64,000 nt of DNA from an uncultured delta proteobacterium. GTDB taxonomy: Bacteria; Myxococcota; Kuafuiibacteriia; Kuafuiibacteriales; Kuafuiibacteriaceae. The stretch is taken from assembly GCA_963803435.1 (NCBI GenBank), contig CAWDML010000007.1, positions 480,001-544,000 of the forward strand, in the 5' to 3' direction. This document shows positions 32,793-42,552 of the stretch, piece after piece. The translations under genes were made by a program, and so were the position numbers. How positions within the stretch are numbered: the stretch's first letter is position 1; each line of letters begins with the position of its first letter. Below the pieces are notes generated by a model. The model was not told the origin of the DNA, did no database searches, and worked only from the letters and a program-made list of their open reading frames with translations.

Positions 32793-34685
32793 ATGGAGCG
32801 ATCATCGATGGCCGCCCTCTGCGAGGCGGCGCTCCCGGCGGGCCGCACCGTGCCCGCAACCTCGGAGGCGACCGTGCACCGAGCCGAGGAGATCGTCGAG
32901 GGGCTCCCCCCGGCGATCCGGTCGGCGTATCGCGCGCTGCTCGTGGGACTCGACGCGCGGGCCGTCTTGGGCCGCGGGCGTCGCTTCGCCTCCCTGCCGA
33001 TCGCCGGCCGACTGCGGCTGCTCGAGCGCCTCGGCGACGCCGAGCCCGGGCGGCTCCTCCTGCGCGGGCTGCTCACGCCGCTCAAGCTCGCGCACTTCGA
33101 GCTGCCGGAGACGTACGCCGCGTTCGGCTTGCGCCACCGTTGTCCGGTGCCGCCCAACCGCGAGGCGGCCCGCTGGCATGCGCAAATCTCCGACGCGGGC
33201 GCGCTTGGCGGCGAGGTCGACCTCGAGTGCGAGGTGGTGATCGTGGGGACGGGCGCCGGTGGAGCTCCGGTGGCCGCGGAGCTGGCCTCTCAGGGCGTGG
33301 CGGTGTTGATGCTCGAGGAGGGCGGTTTCTTCGATCGCACGGACTTCGACGGCCGCCCTCTCGAGATGATGCGGAAGCTCTACCGGAAGAGCGGGCTCAC
33401 CGCCTCGTTCGGAAACACCATCATCCCCATCCCGGTGGGAAAGGGTGTGGGGGGCACGACGCTGGTCAACTCGGGCACCTGCTTCCGGACGCCCGATCTG
33501 GTGCTGCGCGGCTGGGCCGCCCAGGGCCTGACCGAGCTGGCACCGCGCGCGCTCGCACCCTACTTCGCCCGCGTCGAGGAGGAGCTGGGCGTGGCGCCCT
33601 CGTCCTCCGCGGCGATCGGCGCGGCCGGCCGGATCATCGCGCGCGGCTGCGATCGCCTGGGCTGGTCACACCATCCGCTGGCGCGCAACGCGCCCGGCTG
33701 CGACGGCCAGGGGCTCTGCTGCTTCGGCTGTCCCACCGAGGCGAAGCGGAGCACGAACGTCTCCTTCGTCCCGCGAGCCCTGGCGCGTGGCGCGCAGCTG
33801 ATGACCGGGGTCCGGGTCGAGCGCGTCCTGCTGGAGGGCGATCGCGCGACCGGCGTGATCGGGCGCGCGCGAACGTCCGGGGGCGGGTCGGTCCGGGTCA
33901 CGGTGCGAGCGCCAATCGTCGTGCTCGCCTGCGGGAGCCTGCACACGCCGGCGTTGTTGCTCCGCCAAGGCATCTGCAACGAGTCCGGCGAGCTGGGGCG
34001 CAACCTCTCGATCCATCCTGCGGGCGCCGCCACGGCGCTCTTCGCGGAGGAGGTGAACAGCTGGCACGCCGTGCCGCAGGGCTACGCGATCGACCAGTTC
34101 GCGGACGAGGGCCTCTACTTCGAGGGGGCCAGCCTCCCGCTCGAGCTGCAGGCCGCCTCGCTCCCCGGCTTCGGGCCCGCCTTCACCGCGGTGATGGACG
34201 AGTACAATCGCTCGCTCTCGTTCGGCTTCATGGTCAAGGATCGCTCGCGCGGCCGGGTCCGTCCCGGGCCGGACCTCGAGCCACGGATCGCCTACTGGCT
34301 GGGCAGCGACGACCTCCACCGGATCCAGCGCGGCTTCGCCCTCCTCGCCCGCGTGTTCTTCGCCGCCGGGGCCTGGTCGGTGCACGCGCCGATCGCAGGC
34401 TGGGAGCGGTTCGGCTCGGTGCGCGAGATCGAAGCCTTCGAGCAGGCCCGCCTGGCCGCGCGCGACATCGATCTCTCGGCGTATCACCCGCTCGGAACCG
34501 CGCGGATGGGCGTCGATCCGCTCCGCTCGGTGGTCGCGCCCAACCACGAGACCCACGACGTGCTCAACCTGTTCATCTCCGACGGCTCGGTCGTCCCCGA
34601 GTCCCCCGGCGTGAACCCGCAGATCACAATCATGGCGTTCGCGCTACGCGCCGCCGAGGCGATCGCGCGCCGCCTGCAGGCCTAG
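32793..34685 (+). CDS. GMC-family FAD oxidoreductase (long-chain alcohol oxidase-like)
   Basis: IVGTGAGG, GKGVGGTTLVNSG, CCFGCP, YHPLGTARMG, GVNPQITIMA. Confidence 0.9.
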   Translation: MERSSMAALCEAALPAGRTVPATSEATVHRAEEIVEGLPPAIRSAYRALLVGLDARAVLGRGRRFASLPIAGRLRLLERLGDAEPGRLLLRGLLTPLKLAHFELPETYAAFGLRHRCPVPPNREAARWHAQISDAGALGGEVDLECEVVIVGTGAGGAPVAAELASQGVAVLMLEEGGFFDRTDFDGRPLEMMRKLYRKSGLTASFGNTIIPIPVGKGVGGTTLVNSGTCFRTPDLVLRGWAAQGLTELAPRALAPYFARVEEELGVAPSSSAAIGAAGRIIARGCDRLGWSHHPLARNAPGCDGQGLCCFGCPTEAKRSTNVSFVPRALARGAQLMTGVRVERVLLEGDRATGVIGRARTSGGGSVRVTVRAPIVVLACGSLHTPALLLRQGICNESGELGRNLSIHPAGAATALFAEEVNSWHAVPQGYAIDQFADEGLYFEGASLPLELQAASLPGFGPAFTAVMDEYNRSLSFGFMVKDRSRGRVRPGPDLEPRIAYWLGSDDLHRIQRGFALLARVFFAAGAWSVHAPIAGWERFGSVREIEAFEQARLAARDIDLSAYHPLGTARMGVDPLRSVVAPNHETHDVLNLFISDGSVVPESPGVNPQITIMAFALRAAEAIARRLQA

Positions 34686-34715
34686 GAGCGTGTAGCGCGT
34701 AAGCGCTCACGCGAC

Positions 34716-34751
34716 CCCGGTCCGGGTCCCGGTCCCGGTCCGGGTCCCGAT
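34716..34751 (+). repeat. 6 x hexamer array
   Basis: cccggt ccgggt cccggt cccggt ccgggt cccgat. Confidence 0.95.
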
Positions 34752-34771
34752 CTGAAGATGGCTGCCTTGAG

Positions 34772-34915
34772 TCAGACGCTCGCGACGGTCGCGAGCTTCC
34801 ATCGGTAGAGCTTGAGCAGGTTGTGGGTGAGGCAGACGAGCGTCCCCTCGGCTCGTACCTTGAAGAAGGAGCGTAGCGAGAACCGGCGGAATCCTCGTGC
34901 CCCTTTGATCTGTCC
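34772..34915 (-). pseudogene. IS1182-family transposase C-terminal remnant
   Basis: GQIKGARGFRRFSLRSFFKVRAEGTLVCLTHNLLKLYRWKLATVASV*. Confidence 0.85.
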
Positions 34916-34917
34916 GT

Positions 34918-35073
34918 CGCTCTGGCACCGAAAGCGCCGCCTCACTCCACACCTGCTTGAGGCGCCGACTCGCCAACGAGCAGAAGGTCCAAGCCGCCAG
35001 AGCCAAGCTCAAGCGCGTTGTCGAGATGCTCACGCGCCTCATCAAGTCGATGAACGCACGCCGGGCTGCATGA
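34918..35073 (+). pseudogene. four-helix-bundle protein C-terminal remnant
   Basis: RSGTESAASLHTCLRRRLANEQKVQAARAKLKRVVEMLTRLIKSMNARRAA*; overlaps the RSGTE end of the fragment at 17544-17799. Confidence 0.85.
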
Positions 35074-35078
35074 TCGCC

Positions 35079-35114
35079 ATCGGGACCGGGACCGGGACCG
35101 GGACCCGGACCGGG
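35079..35114 (-). repeat. 6 x hexamer array
   Basis: atcggg accggg accggg accggg acccgg accggg. Confidence 0.95.
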
Positions 35115-35157
35115 CTCGCGGAAGCGCTACGCGCTACACAATCCTAGGGTCGATCGA

Positions 35158-36543
35158 TCAAGCGCGCGGCACGGCTTCGCCGGCGACCATCGACGGCTCG
35201 ACCTGCGGCTCGGGATCCCTGATCGCACCCATCCCGACGTCAATCTCGGAGATGTACGCGCGCTCGCCCGCCTCGGCGAGGTCGAGGCCGCTCAGCTCGT
35301 CGTGCTCGTCCGCGCGGAGCGGCGTGATCGCACCGACCAGCTTGAGCAAGCCGAAGCTCGCACCGGCGGACCAGGCGAGCGTGGCGAGGACACCGATGGC
35401 CTGGATCCCAAAGAGACCGAGGCTGCCATCGGCGGCGTCGGGGTTGACGGCCTTGGTGGCGAGCACGCCGGTGAGCAGCGCACCGAGCGCGCCGGCGATG
35501 CCGTGGACGCTGAAGACGTCGAGCGAGTCGTCGAGCTTCAGCTTGGGGCGATAGCGGACCGCCATGAGGCAGGCGATCGCGGCGATGCCACCAATCAGGC
35601 AGGCCGACATGGGCGTGACGAACCCGGCGGCCGGCGTGATCGCGACGAGACCCGCCACCGCGCCCGAGGCCAGCCCGACGCCGGACATCTTCTTGTGCAG
35701 GAAGAGCTCGGCCAGGCTCCAGGCCGCGCAGGCGGCGGCCGCCGCGAAGAACGTGTTGGCGAAGGCGAAGGCGGCGATCCCGTTGGCGGCCAGCGCGCTC
35801 CCGCCGTTGAACCCGAGCCAGCCGAACCAGAGCATCCCCATGCCGAGGAGCGCGAACGGTACGTTGTGCGGGAGGACGCTCGGCGTCTTGAGACGCGCGC
35901 GCTTGCCGAGGACGATGGCGGCAACAACCGCGGCCGCGGCGGCGTTGAGGTGGACGACGGTGCCCCCGGCGAAGTCGAGCGCACCCAGCCGGTGAAGCCA
36001 GCCGCCGGGCGCCCAGACCCAGTGGCACACCGGCGCATACACGAGCACGCTCCAGAGCGCGACGAACAGGACGAACGCCTTCGTCTTCACGCGCTCGACG
36101 ATGGCGCCCGAGATCAGCGCCGGCGTGATCACCGCGAACATCCCCTGGAACAGCATGAAGGCGACGTGTGGGATGGTGCCGGCCAGCGAGGGCTCGGGCG
36201 CTGCCGTCACCCCGGCGAGGCCGGCGTACTCGAAGCTCCCTACGAAAGCGTCGGTCGCGCCACCGGGGGCGAAGGACAGGCTGTATCCGATCGCCATCCA
36301 GAGAACGCCGACGATCCCCATGCAGATCAGGCTGAGGACCATCGTATGAACGACGTTCTTGTTGCGGACCAGACCGCCGTAAAAGAAGGCGAGGCCGGGC
36401 GTCATGATCAGGACCAGCCCGGCGCTGACCAGGACGAAGGCGGTATCGCCGGCGCTGATCTCGCCCGGAGCGGCAAACGCCGTCGCCGGGATCAGGAGCG
36501 CGACCAGCGCGAGCAGGAGCCGTCGAAGGGTGGAGGTCTTCAC
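35158..36543 (-). CDS. amtB: ammonium transporter
   Basis: MTPGLAFFYGG, FQGMFAVITPALISGA, DFAGGTVVH, LWFGWLGFNGGS, DDSLDVFSVHG. Confidence 0.95.
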   Translation of the reverse strand: MKTSTLRRLLLALVALLIPATAFAAPGEISAGDTAFVLVSAGLVLIMTPGLAFFYGGLVRNKNVVHTMVLSLICMGIVGVLWMAIGYSLSFAPGGATDAFVGSFEYAGLAGVTAAPEPSLAGTIPHVAFMLFQGMFAVITPALISGAIVERVKTKAFVLFVALWSVLVYAPVCHWVWAPGGWLHRLGALDFAGGTVVHLNAAAAAVVAAIVLGKRARLKTPSVLPHNVPFALLGMGMLWFGWLGFNGGSALAANGIAAFAFANTFFAAAAACAAWSLAELFLHKKMSGVGLASGAVAGLVAITPAAGFVTPMSACLIGGIAAIACLMAVRYRPKLKLDDSLDVFSVHGIAGALGALLTGVLATKAVNPDAADGSLGLFGIQAIGVLATLAWSAGASFGLLKLVGAITPLRADEHDELSGLDLAEAGERAYISEIDVGMGAIRDPEPQVEPSMVAGEAVPRA

Positions 36544-36557
36544 GCAGAGACGTCCTG

Positions 36558-36573
36558 AGCACCCGGCGTGCCG
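36558..36573 (-). promoter_or_regulatory. candidate sigma-54 (-24/-12) promoter of amtB
   Basis: Minus strand CGGCACGCCGGGTGCT has exact GG-N10-GC spacing. Confidence 0.45.
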
Positions 36574-36686
36574 CAAGATCCGGCACCCGCTTTCCAGCGC
36601 CCCTCCGACGTCCGCGTAGGACCGACCAATCCGTCCCGACGAAAACGTAGGAGGCGGCCGGCCCGCGGACCTGCTATCTCGACGGC

Positions 36687-37614
36687 GTGTCGGACGCACT
36701 GGTGCGCGCCTTCGGCCTCGTGAAGCGCTACGAAGACGTGGTCGCCGTGAACGGGCTCGACCTGGAGATCGGCCGGGGCGAGTGTCTCGGGCTCCTCGGT
36801 CCAAACGGCGCCGGCAAGACCACCACCGTCGAGATGCTCGAGGGCCTGACGCGGCCCGACGGGGGCCGGATCGAGCTCTTCGGGCAGTCCTGGGGTCAGG
36901 GCCACGATCGGGCGCTCCGGGCCCGGCTGGGCGTCCAGCTCCAGGAGACGCGCCTCGGCGAGAAGCTCACGGTCGAGGAGACGCTCCGGTTGTTCCGCAG
37001 CATGTACCCGCGCGGGCGATCGGTGGACGAGGTCATCGCCGAGCTCGAGCTGGAGGAGAAGCGGAAGAGCTGGGTCGGCAAGCTCTCGGGCGGCCAGCGA
37101 CAGCGCCTGGCGCTGGGTTGCGCGCTGGTGAGCCGGCCCGAGATCCTTTTCCTCGACGAGCCCTCGACGGGCCTCGATCCGCAGGCGCGCCGGAAGGTCT
37201 GGGAGATCGTCGAGCGCTTCCGCGCCGAAGGAGGTACCGCCCTCCTCACCACCCACTACATGGACGAGGCGGCGCACCTGTCGAACCGGGTGGCGATCGT
37301 CGACCACGGCAAGGTGATCGCGGAGGGGACACCCTCCGAGCTGGTCGCGTCGCTGGTCGCGGCCGACCGGATCGAGCTCGAGGTGGCCGAGCCGATCGAT
37401 CCCGAGTCCCTCGTCGGGATCGACGGCGTGCGGTCCGCGTCGAGGACCGACTCCAGAGATCATCCTGGCGGCGCAGTCGGCCTCGTCCGCGCTGCCGGCG
37501 GTGCTGCGGGCGCTGGGCGGCCGCGGCATCGAGCCGGCGTCGATCGCGACCCGGCACGCCACGCTCGAGGACGTGTTCATCCATCTCACCGGTCGAGGGC
37601 TCCGCGATGACTGA
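36687..37614 (+). CDS. ABC-2 type ATP-binding protein, +1 frameshift near 37455
   Basis: GPNGAGKTT, LSGGQRQR, LFLDEP; shifted frame ends ATLEDVFIHLTGRGLRDD*. Confidence 0.88.
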
Positions 37615-38665
37615 TCTCTCCGTTCGCCACCCGCTCCTGGAGATGACGCGATCGCACCTGCTCGAGCTGATGCGGGAGCCGGGGATCATGTTCTGGGTCT
37701 TCGGCTTCCCCATCATGCTGGCGGTGGTGCTGGGCATCGCCTTCCGCTCGCGCGGGCCCGAGAAGGTGGGCGTGGCGGTCGTCGGCGATCCAGCGCGCGT
37801 GGAGAGGGCGGTGCGCGCGCTGGCCGAGCAGCCCGATCTCACGGCCGAGGCCATGGCGCCCGAGGCGGCCGCCGAGGCCCTGCGCAAGACGAAGGTGGCC
37901 CTGGTCGTCGACGTCGGCACAGTCACCTCGAGTCGGACGGTCTATCACTTCGATCCGCTACAGCCGGAGAGCCGCGCCGCGCACCTCTCCGCCGACGATG
38001 CGCTGCAGCGCGCCGCCGGCCGCCGCGACGTGCTGGAGCCGCTCGACCGACCGGTGGAGGAGCACGGCAGGAGATACATCGACTTCCTCCTCCCCGGCCT
38101 GTTGGGCCTCAACCTGATGGGGTCGAGCCTGTGGGGCGTCGGCTACGCGATCGTCGATGCGCGCGCGCGCAAGCTGATGAAGCGCATCGCCGCCACTCCG
38201 GTGCGACGCGCGTACTACCTCTTGTCGTTCGTGCTCTCGCGCATGGTGCTGCTGGTGCTCGAGGTGGCACTCCTCATCACGTTTGGCGCGCTGGCGTTCG
38301 ACGTCCGAGTGCAAGGCAGCTTGCTCGATCTGGGGCTGGGCGCGACGTTCGGCGCGGCCAGCTTCGCGGGGCTGGCGCTCCTGGTCGCGGCCCGACCGAC
38401 GCGCCCTGAGGTGGCCTCGGGGTGGATGAACTTCCTGATGATGCCCATGTGGCTGCTCTCCGGATCGCTGTTCTCGTACGAGCGCTATCCGGAGTTTCTG
38501 CACCCGTTCCTCCGGCTCCTGCCCCTGACGGCGCTCAACGACGCGCTCCGGGCGGTCATCAACGACGGCGCCTCGATCTTCTCCCGCGGCTCCGAGCTCC
38601 TGGTGCTGGCCGTTTGGGGCGGCCTCAGCTTCGTCCTGGCCCTCCGCTGGTTCCGCTGGCAGTGA
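37607..38665 (+). CDS. ABC-2 type transporter permease
   Basis: REPGIMFWVFGFP, RYIDFLLPGLLG, LPLTALNDALR. Confidence 0.9.
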   Translation: MTDLSVRHPLLEMTRSHLLELMREPGIMFWVFGFPIMLAVVLGIAFRSRGPEKVGVAVVGDPARVERAVRALAEQPDLTAEAMAPEAAAEALRKTKVALVVDVGTVTSSRTVYHFDPLQPESRAAHLSADDALQRAAGRRDVLEPLDRPVEEHGRRYIDFLLPGLLGLNLMGSSLWGVGYAIVDARARKLMKRIAATPVRRAYYLLSFVLSRMVLLVLEVALLITFGALAFDVRVQGSLLDLGLGATFGAASFAGLALLVAARPTRPEVASGWMNFLMMPMWLLSGSLFSYERYPEFLHPFLRLLPLTALNDALRAVINDGASIFSRGSELLVLAVWGGLSFVLALRWFRWQ

Positions 38666-38739
38666 GAGCGATCATCCCGGGGGGCGCACGCCTGGACGAC
38701 CGTTGCCAGCGCCGGCCTGGGCGGCTACCACGCCCGTTC

Positions 38740-39750
38740 ATGCGCTCCCCGACCGCGCTGGTCGCGCTCTTCGCCTCCGGCTGCTACACGCTCACGCCAT
38801 ACGAGACGATCGAGAAGATCCCCATCCGGTCGGCGCCTCCGGGAGCGCTGATCACGATGACGGACGAGACCGGCAGCAAGGCGATCGGGAACGCGCCGCT
38901 CGACGCAGACGTGACCGTGGTCCACGACCGCTACGACTTCAACGCCGCGAGCAGCTGGGTGATCACGGGCCTGTCGCTCGTCTTGTTGGGGCTGTCGATC
39001 GGCTTCGCCATCAAACCGCCCGACGAGACCGTAGAAGCCACCGGGACCGTGCGACCGAACCAGCTCGTGCGCATCATGGCGATCACCGGGGCGGTCACGT
39101 TCGGAATCACCAGCCTGTTCGCGGTGCCCGTCACCATCGTCGGGCACCTTCACGACGGCGAGGATCTGAGCCTCCACTACAAGACCGGCGTCCCGAGCTT
39201 TCAGGCCAAGCTCGCCGGCTACACGGACGCGACCACGCGGCCCGATCCCGCCGTGATCCCGCCGCCGGAGCCGCTCGCGCTCGAGCTCCGGCCCGGGGAA
39301 GGCTCGGCGGTGATCGGGCGGGTCGAGGCGGTGGACACGTCGAACCGGCCGGTGCTGGCGATCTTCGATCTCGATCCCGGCAACAGCGGCGTCAGCCCCG
39401 ACATCGCGGCGCAGCTCTCGGAGTATCTCACCGCCAAGCTGGCCGGCGGCGGACGCTATCGGGTGGTACCGCGCAGCGAGCTCCGCGATCGCCTCGGGGT
39501 CGAGAAGCGAACCTCGTACAAGGACTGCTTCGACGAGGCCTGCCAGATCGAGCTCGGCAAGGCGGTCGCGGCCGAGAAGACGCTCGCGCCCAAGCTGATC
39601 CGGGTGGGCGCCACCTGCGCGCTCACCGCGACTGTGTTCGATCTGAAGAGCGAGGCGGCGGATGCCGCTCAGACGATTCGAACCGCCTGCGAGCAAGAAG
39701 GATTGATGGACGCGATCGACAGCGTGGCCGATCGCCTCTCGGAACGTTAA
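38740..39750 (+). CDS. putative membrane lipoprotein with C-terminal CsgG/TolB-N-like domain
   Basis: Lipobox FASGC, PEGA-like SAPPGA, two TM helices, SYKDCFDEACQIELGK. Confidence 0.65.
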   Translation: MRSPTALVALFASGCYTLTPYETIEKIPIRSAPPGALITMTDETGSKAIGNAPLDADVTVVHDRYDFNAASSWVITGLSLVLLGLSIGFAIKPPDETVEATGTVRPNQLVRIMAITGAVTFGITSLFAVPVTIVGHLHDGEDLSLHYKTGVPSFQAKLAGYTDATTRPDPAVIPPPEPLALELRPGEGSAVIGRVEAVDTSNRPVLAIFDLDPGNSGVSPDIAAQLSEYLTAKLAGGGRYRVVPRSELRDRLGVEKRTSYKDCFDEACQIELGKAVAAEKTLAPKLIRVGATCALTATVFDLKSEAADAAQTIRTACEQEGLMDAIDSVADRLSER

Positions 39751-39775
39751 TCAGAGTGGGGTTGCCGGGGCCCGA

Positions 39776-39964
39776 TCATTCCGGCATGGGCTGCGGACCG
39801 GGGGTGATGCCCGCGATGTCCGGATCCTCTCCCTCGACCACATCGGAGCGAGAGTCTTTTTCCGACTGGCGGACCTGTCGCCGCTCCTCTTTCCGCTGTC
39901 GCTTCTCGGCTCGCTTGAGCTCTTTCTGTCGCTTGCTGATCGAGGGACGGTTCTTGCCTGCCAT
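39776..39964 (-). CDS. small basic conserved hypothetical protein
   Basis: KRQKELKRAEKRQRKEERR...EDPDIAGITPGPQP; GAGGAGG RBS. Confidence 0.75.
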   Translation of the reverse strand: MAGKNRPSISKRQKELKRAEKRQRKEERRQVRQSEKDSRSDVVEGEDPDIAGITPGPQPMPE

Positions 39965-40005
39965 TCGACCTCCTCACCCGGAGAAAAAGGATCCTCAGCG
40001 AGCGT

Positions 40006-40326
40006 TTACCAGCGCGAGTCGCGACCTCGGTTTCCGCCGCCGCGGCCGCCGCGACCACCGCCGCCACCGCCGCCGCCCTTGTCATGGCTCTCGTTGACCT
40101 TCAGGGTCCGGCCGCCGAGGACCTGACCGTCAAGGGCGGCAATGGCGCTCTTGGCGTCTGCCTCGCTGCCCATCGTCACGAATGCGAAACCGCGGGGACG
40201 TCCGGTGTCCCAATCCATGATCACGGCGACTTCCTGAACCGTCCGGCCGTCGGCCGCGAACGCTTCGCGAAGGTCTTCCTCGGTCGTGTCGTAAGAGAGA
40301 TTGCCAACGTACAGCTTGCTACCCAT
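40006..40326 (-). CDS. RRM-domain RNA-binding protein
   Basis: RNP2 LYVGNL, RNP1 RGFAFVTM, Gly/Arg-rich tail. Confidence 0.95.
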   Translation of the reverse strand: MGSKLYVGNLSYDTTEEDLREAFAADGRTVQEVAVIMDWDTGRPRGFAFVTMGSEADAKSAIAALDGQVLGGRTLKVNESHDKGGGGGGGGRGGRGGGNRGRDSRW

Positions 40327-40459
40327 ATGAAGGGATGCCCTTTCTCGATCTGTCCAAAGCCGAATGCGTCCAAAAGGGCGATCCGCGGAACAGAAGCTTT
40401 CGCCTCTCGTGACAGGTCAGCGGTCTGAATGGAAGAGAAATCGCGAGGTCGGATCTTTT

Positions 40460-42518
40460 TTAGAGGCGCAAAACCCGGATCGGCGCCAGCTCGACGATCT
40501 CACCTGCGCGCACATCGCCCCGGATGGCGCCGTGGTGTCCGAACGGCACGTCGACGTGGACCCATCCGGCGGGAATCTGCATCTCGTACCAGCCCTCTTC
40601 ATCGGTCTCCGCGTGAATGTTTCGGGTGTGGAGCGATAGCCCGACGACCTCGACGCGCGCAAGCGGCGCGCCGCCCGGATCGACCACACGACCGCGCACG
40701 GTACCGAACGGTTCGAGCGCGATCGCGCCCGTGTCGGTCGTGCTTCCGGAGCGAACGATCGCTTCGAACACCGCGCTCGCCGACTCGGAGAGAACCTGCA
40801 CACGCCACTTGCCCGGCGAGAGCCCTTCGAGGTGCCACGAGCCGTCGCGCGCGGCGATCGTCTCGGTTCGATCGAAGAGCGGCTCCCGCTTCGCGCACAG
40901 CTCGAAGGCGGTCGCCCCCACCACGCGCCCCGACATCGCGCCCGGCGGATCGATCATCAACGTCAGGCGCTGATCCGTGCGCACGCCGCTCGCGATCAGC
41001 TCGTCACCCTCGGGGCGATACGCCAGGACCGTGTATGTGCCCTGGGCGAGGTGCTCGATGGCGAACCGACCCATGTCGTCGGTGAGCACCGCGACGGACT
41101 CGTCGTTCCGGGCGATCGAGAATCGCCTCACCGTACTCGTCCTCGTCCCCCGACTCGCGCGCCACGGCCACCAGGACGCCCGGGAAGGGCGCGGCGTTGC
41201 CATCCACGACTCGGCCCTCGATCCGCTGGTCGCTGCCCTCGACCTCAATCTCGATCTCGAGGTCCTCGCCGGCGTGCACGTCGACGTCGACGCGCGCCGA
41301 GCTGCCGTCGGGCTTCATCAGCTCACCGAGTCCGATGCGCTCCGGGATCAACGTGTACTTCCCGGGGCTCCGGCCCTCGAAGCAGAACGTGCCGTCCGCC
41401 GAGCCATGGAAGTCGCTCGACATGTTGTGGAACTCGGTGCCGTCCTCGAAGTGCACGATGGTGACGTGACCGCGATGGATCGGACGTTCGTCGGGATCGA
41501 GGATGCGCCCGCGGATCGTCGCGCCGCGCGCCAGCACCATGCGGAGCTCACCGATATCGACGTCGTCGACCGCGACGTCAATCTCGGCGTGGGCGCGCGC
41601 CCCGTTGGCGCCGGCGGTGAGGCGGTAGCGCCCGGGCCGGATCCCGTCGTACCTGAAGCTTCCGCCGGCCTGCTCGGCGGGCGCGAGCCCCCAGCCGCCG
41701 TGATAGAGCGCGACCGAGGCGCCCTCGATGTCGCGGCCGTCCTCGTCGACCACCGCGCCGGTGATCTGGAAGCCCCGCCGCACGGGAAGGATCAAGCCTT
41801 CGACGTCGTCGTCGAGCTGGATCTCGCGCACCGAGACCTCGATGTAGGGGCCGGCGTCGACGATGATCTGCCAGCGACCCGGATCCACGCCGCGGATCTC
41901 GAAGCTGCCATCGTCCTGGATCTCACCGGTCCGGCGCCCGCCGTCGGGGGCGACCAGGCGGACGAAGCCCCGGCGATGCAACGGCTCCGGCAGCACCACG
42001 CGCCCCTGGATGCGGAGGCAGCGTGTGAGGTCGATCTGGATCTCGCGTGAGGTCTCACGATAGCCGAGCGCGACGCTGGCAGTGGTGCCGCGCCAGTCGT
42101 CGGCGAACACGCGCGGCTCGTAGCGTCCGGGCGGCAGGCCGCGCAGGCGGAAGCGACCCTCCTCGTCCGACTCCGAGTGGACCTCCTCGGCGACGTGGTA
42201 CGAGCGGTGAACCGAGACGGTCGCGCCCGCGATCGGGTCGCCGCTGGCGGCGTCGACGACGCGACCGATCAGGACCGACTCGGGTGTGACGGTGATGCGC
42301 ACCTCGCGCGCGGGCGCCACCACGCAGGCGGTACCGGGCGCGTAGCCCACGGGCTCCGACCACACCCAGACGCTCTCGCCGGCGGGCGCATCCACGGAGA
42401 ATCTGCCCACCTCGTCGGCGGTGCACGACGCCTCGAACTCGTCGGCCTCCGCGCGAACGACGGCTCCACCGATCGGACGTCCCACCCGATCCACGACTAC
42501 GCCGCTGATCTCTTCCAT
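40460..42518 (-). CDS. carboxypeptidase-regulatory-like (prealbumin-fold) repeat protein, frameshift near 41125
   Basis: Repeated GRVVD..G.PI.GA.V / TD..GRF.L.GL.PG.Y units spread over two frames. Confidence 0.75.
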
Positions 42519-42552
42519 CGCGCGGGGTGGGAGCTTGCCGCCGAAAACGATC

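Larger units (their letters stand above)
34682..35147. mobile_element. 466-bp non-autonomous (MITE-like) deletion derivative of the IS1182/four-helix-bundle element
   Basis: CTAGGAGCGTGTAGCGCGTAAGCGC ... GCGCTACGCGCTACACAATCCTAG; ends are reverse complements of the ends of 17454-19237. Confidence 0.88.

Noticed and set aside
40040-40080. (CCG)n-like repeats, also near 5125-5150 and 63010-63035
   Set aside because: They encode poly-Gly or poly-Pro linkers inside genes.
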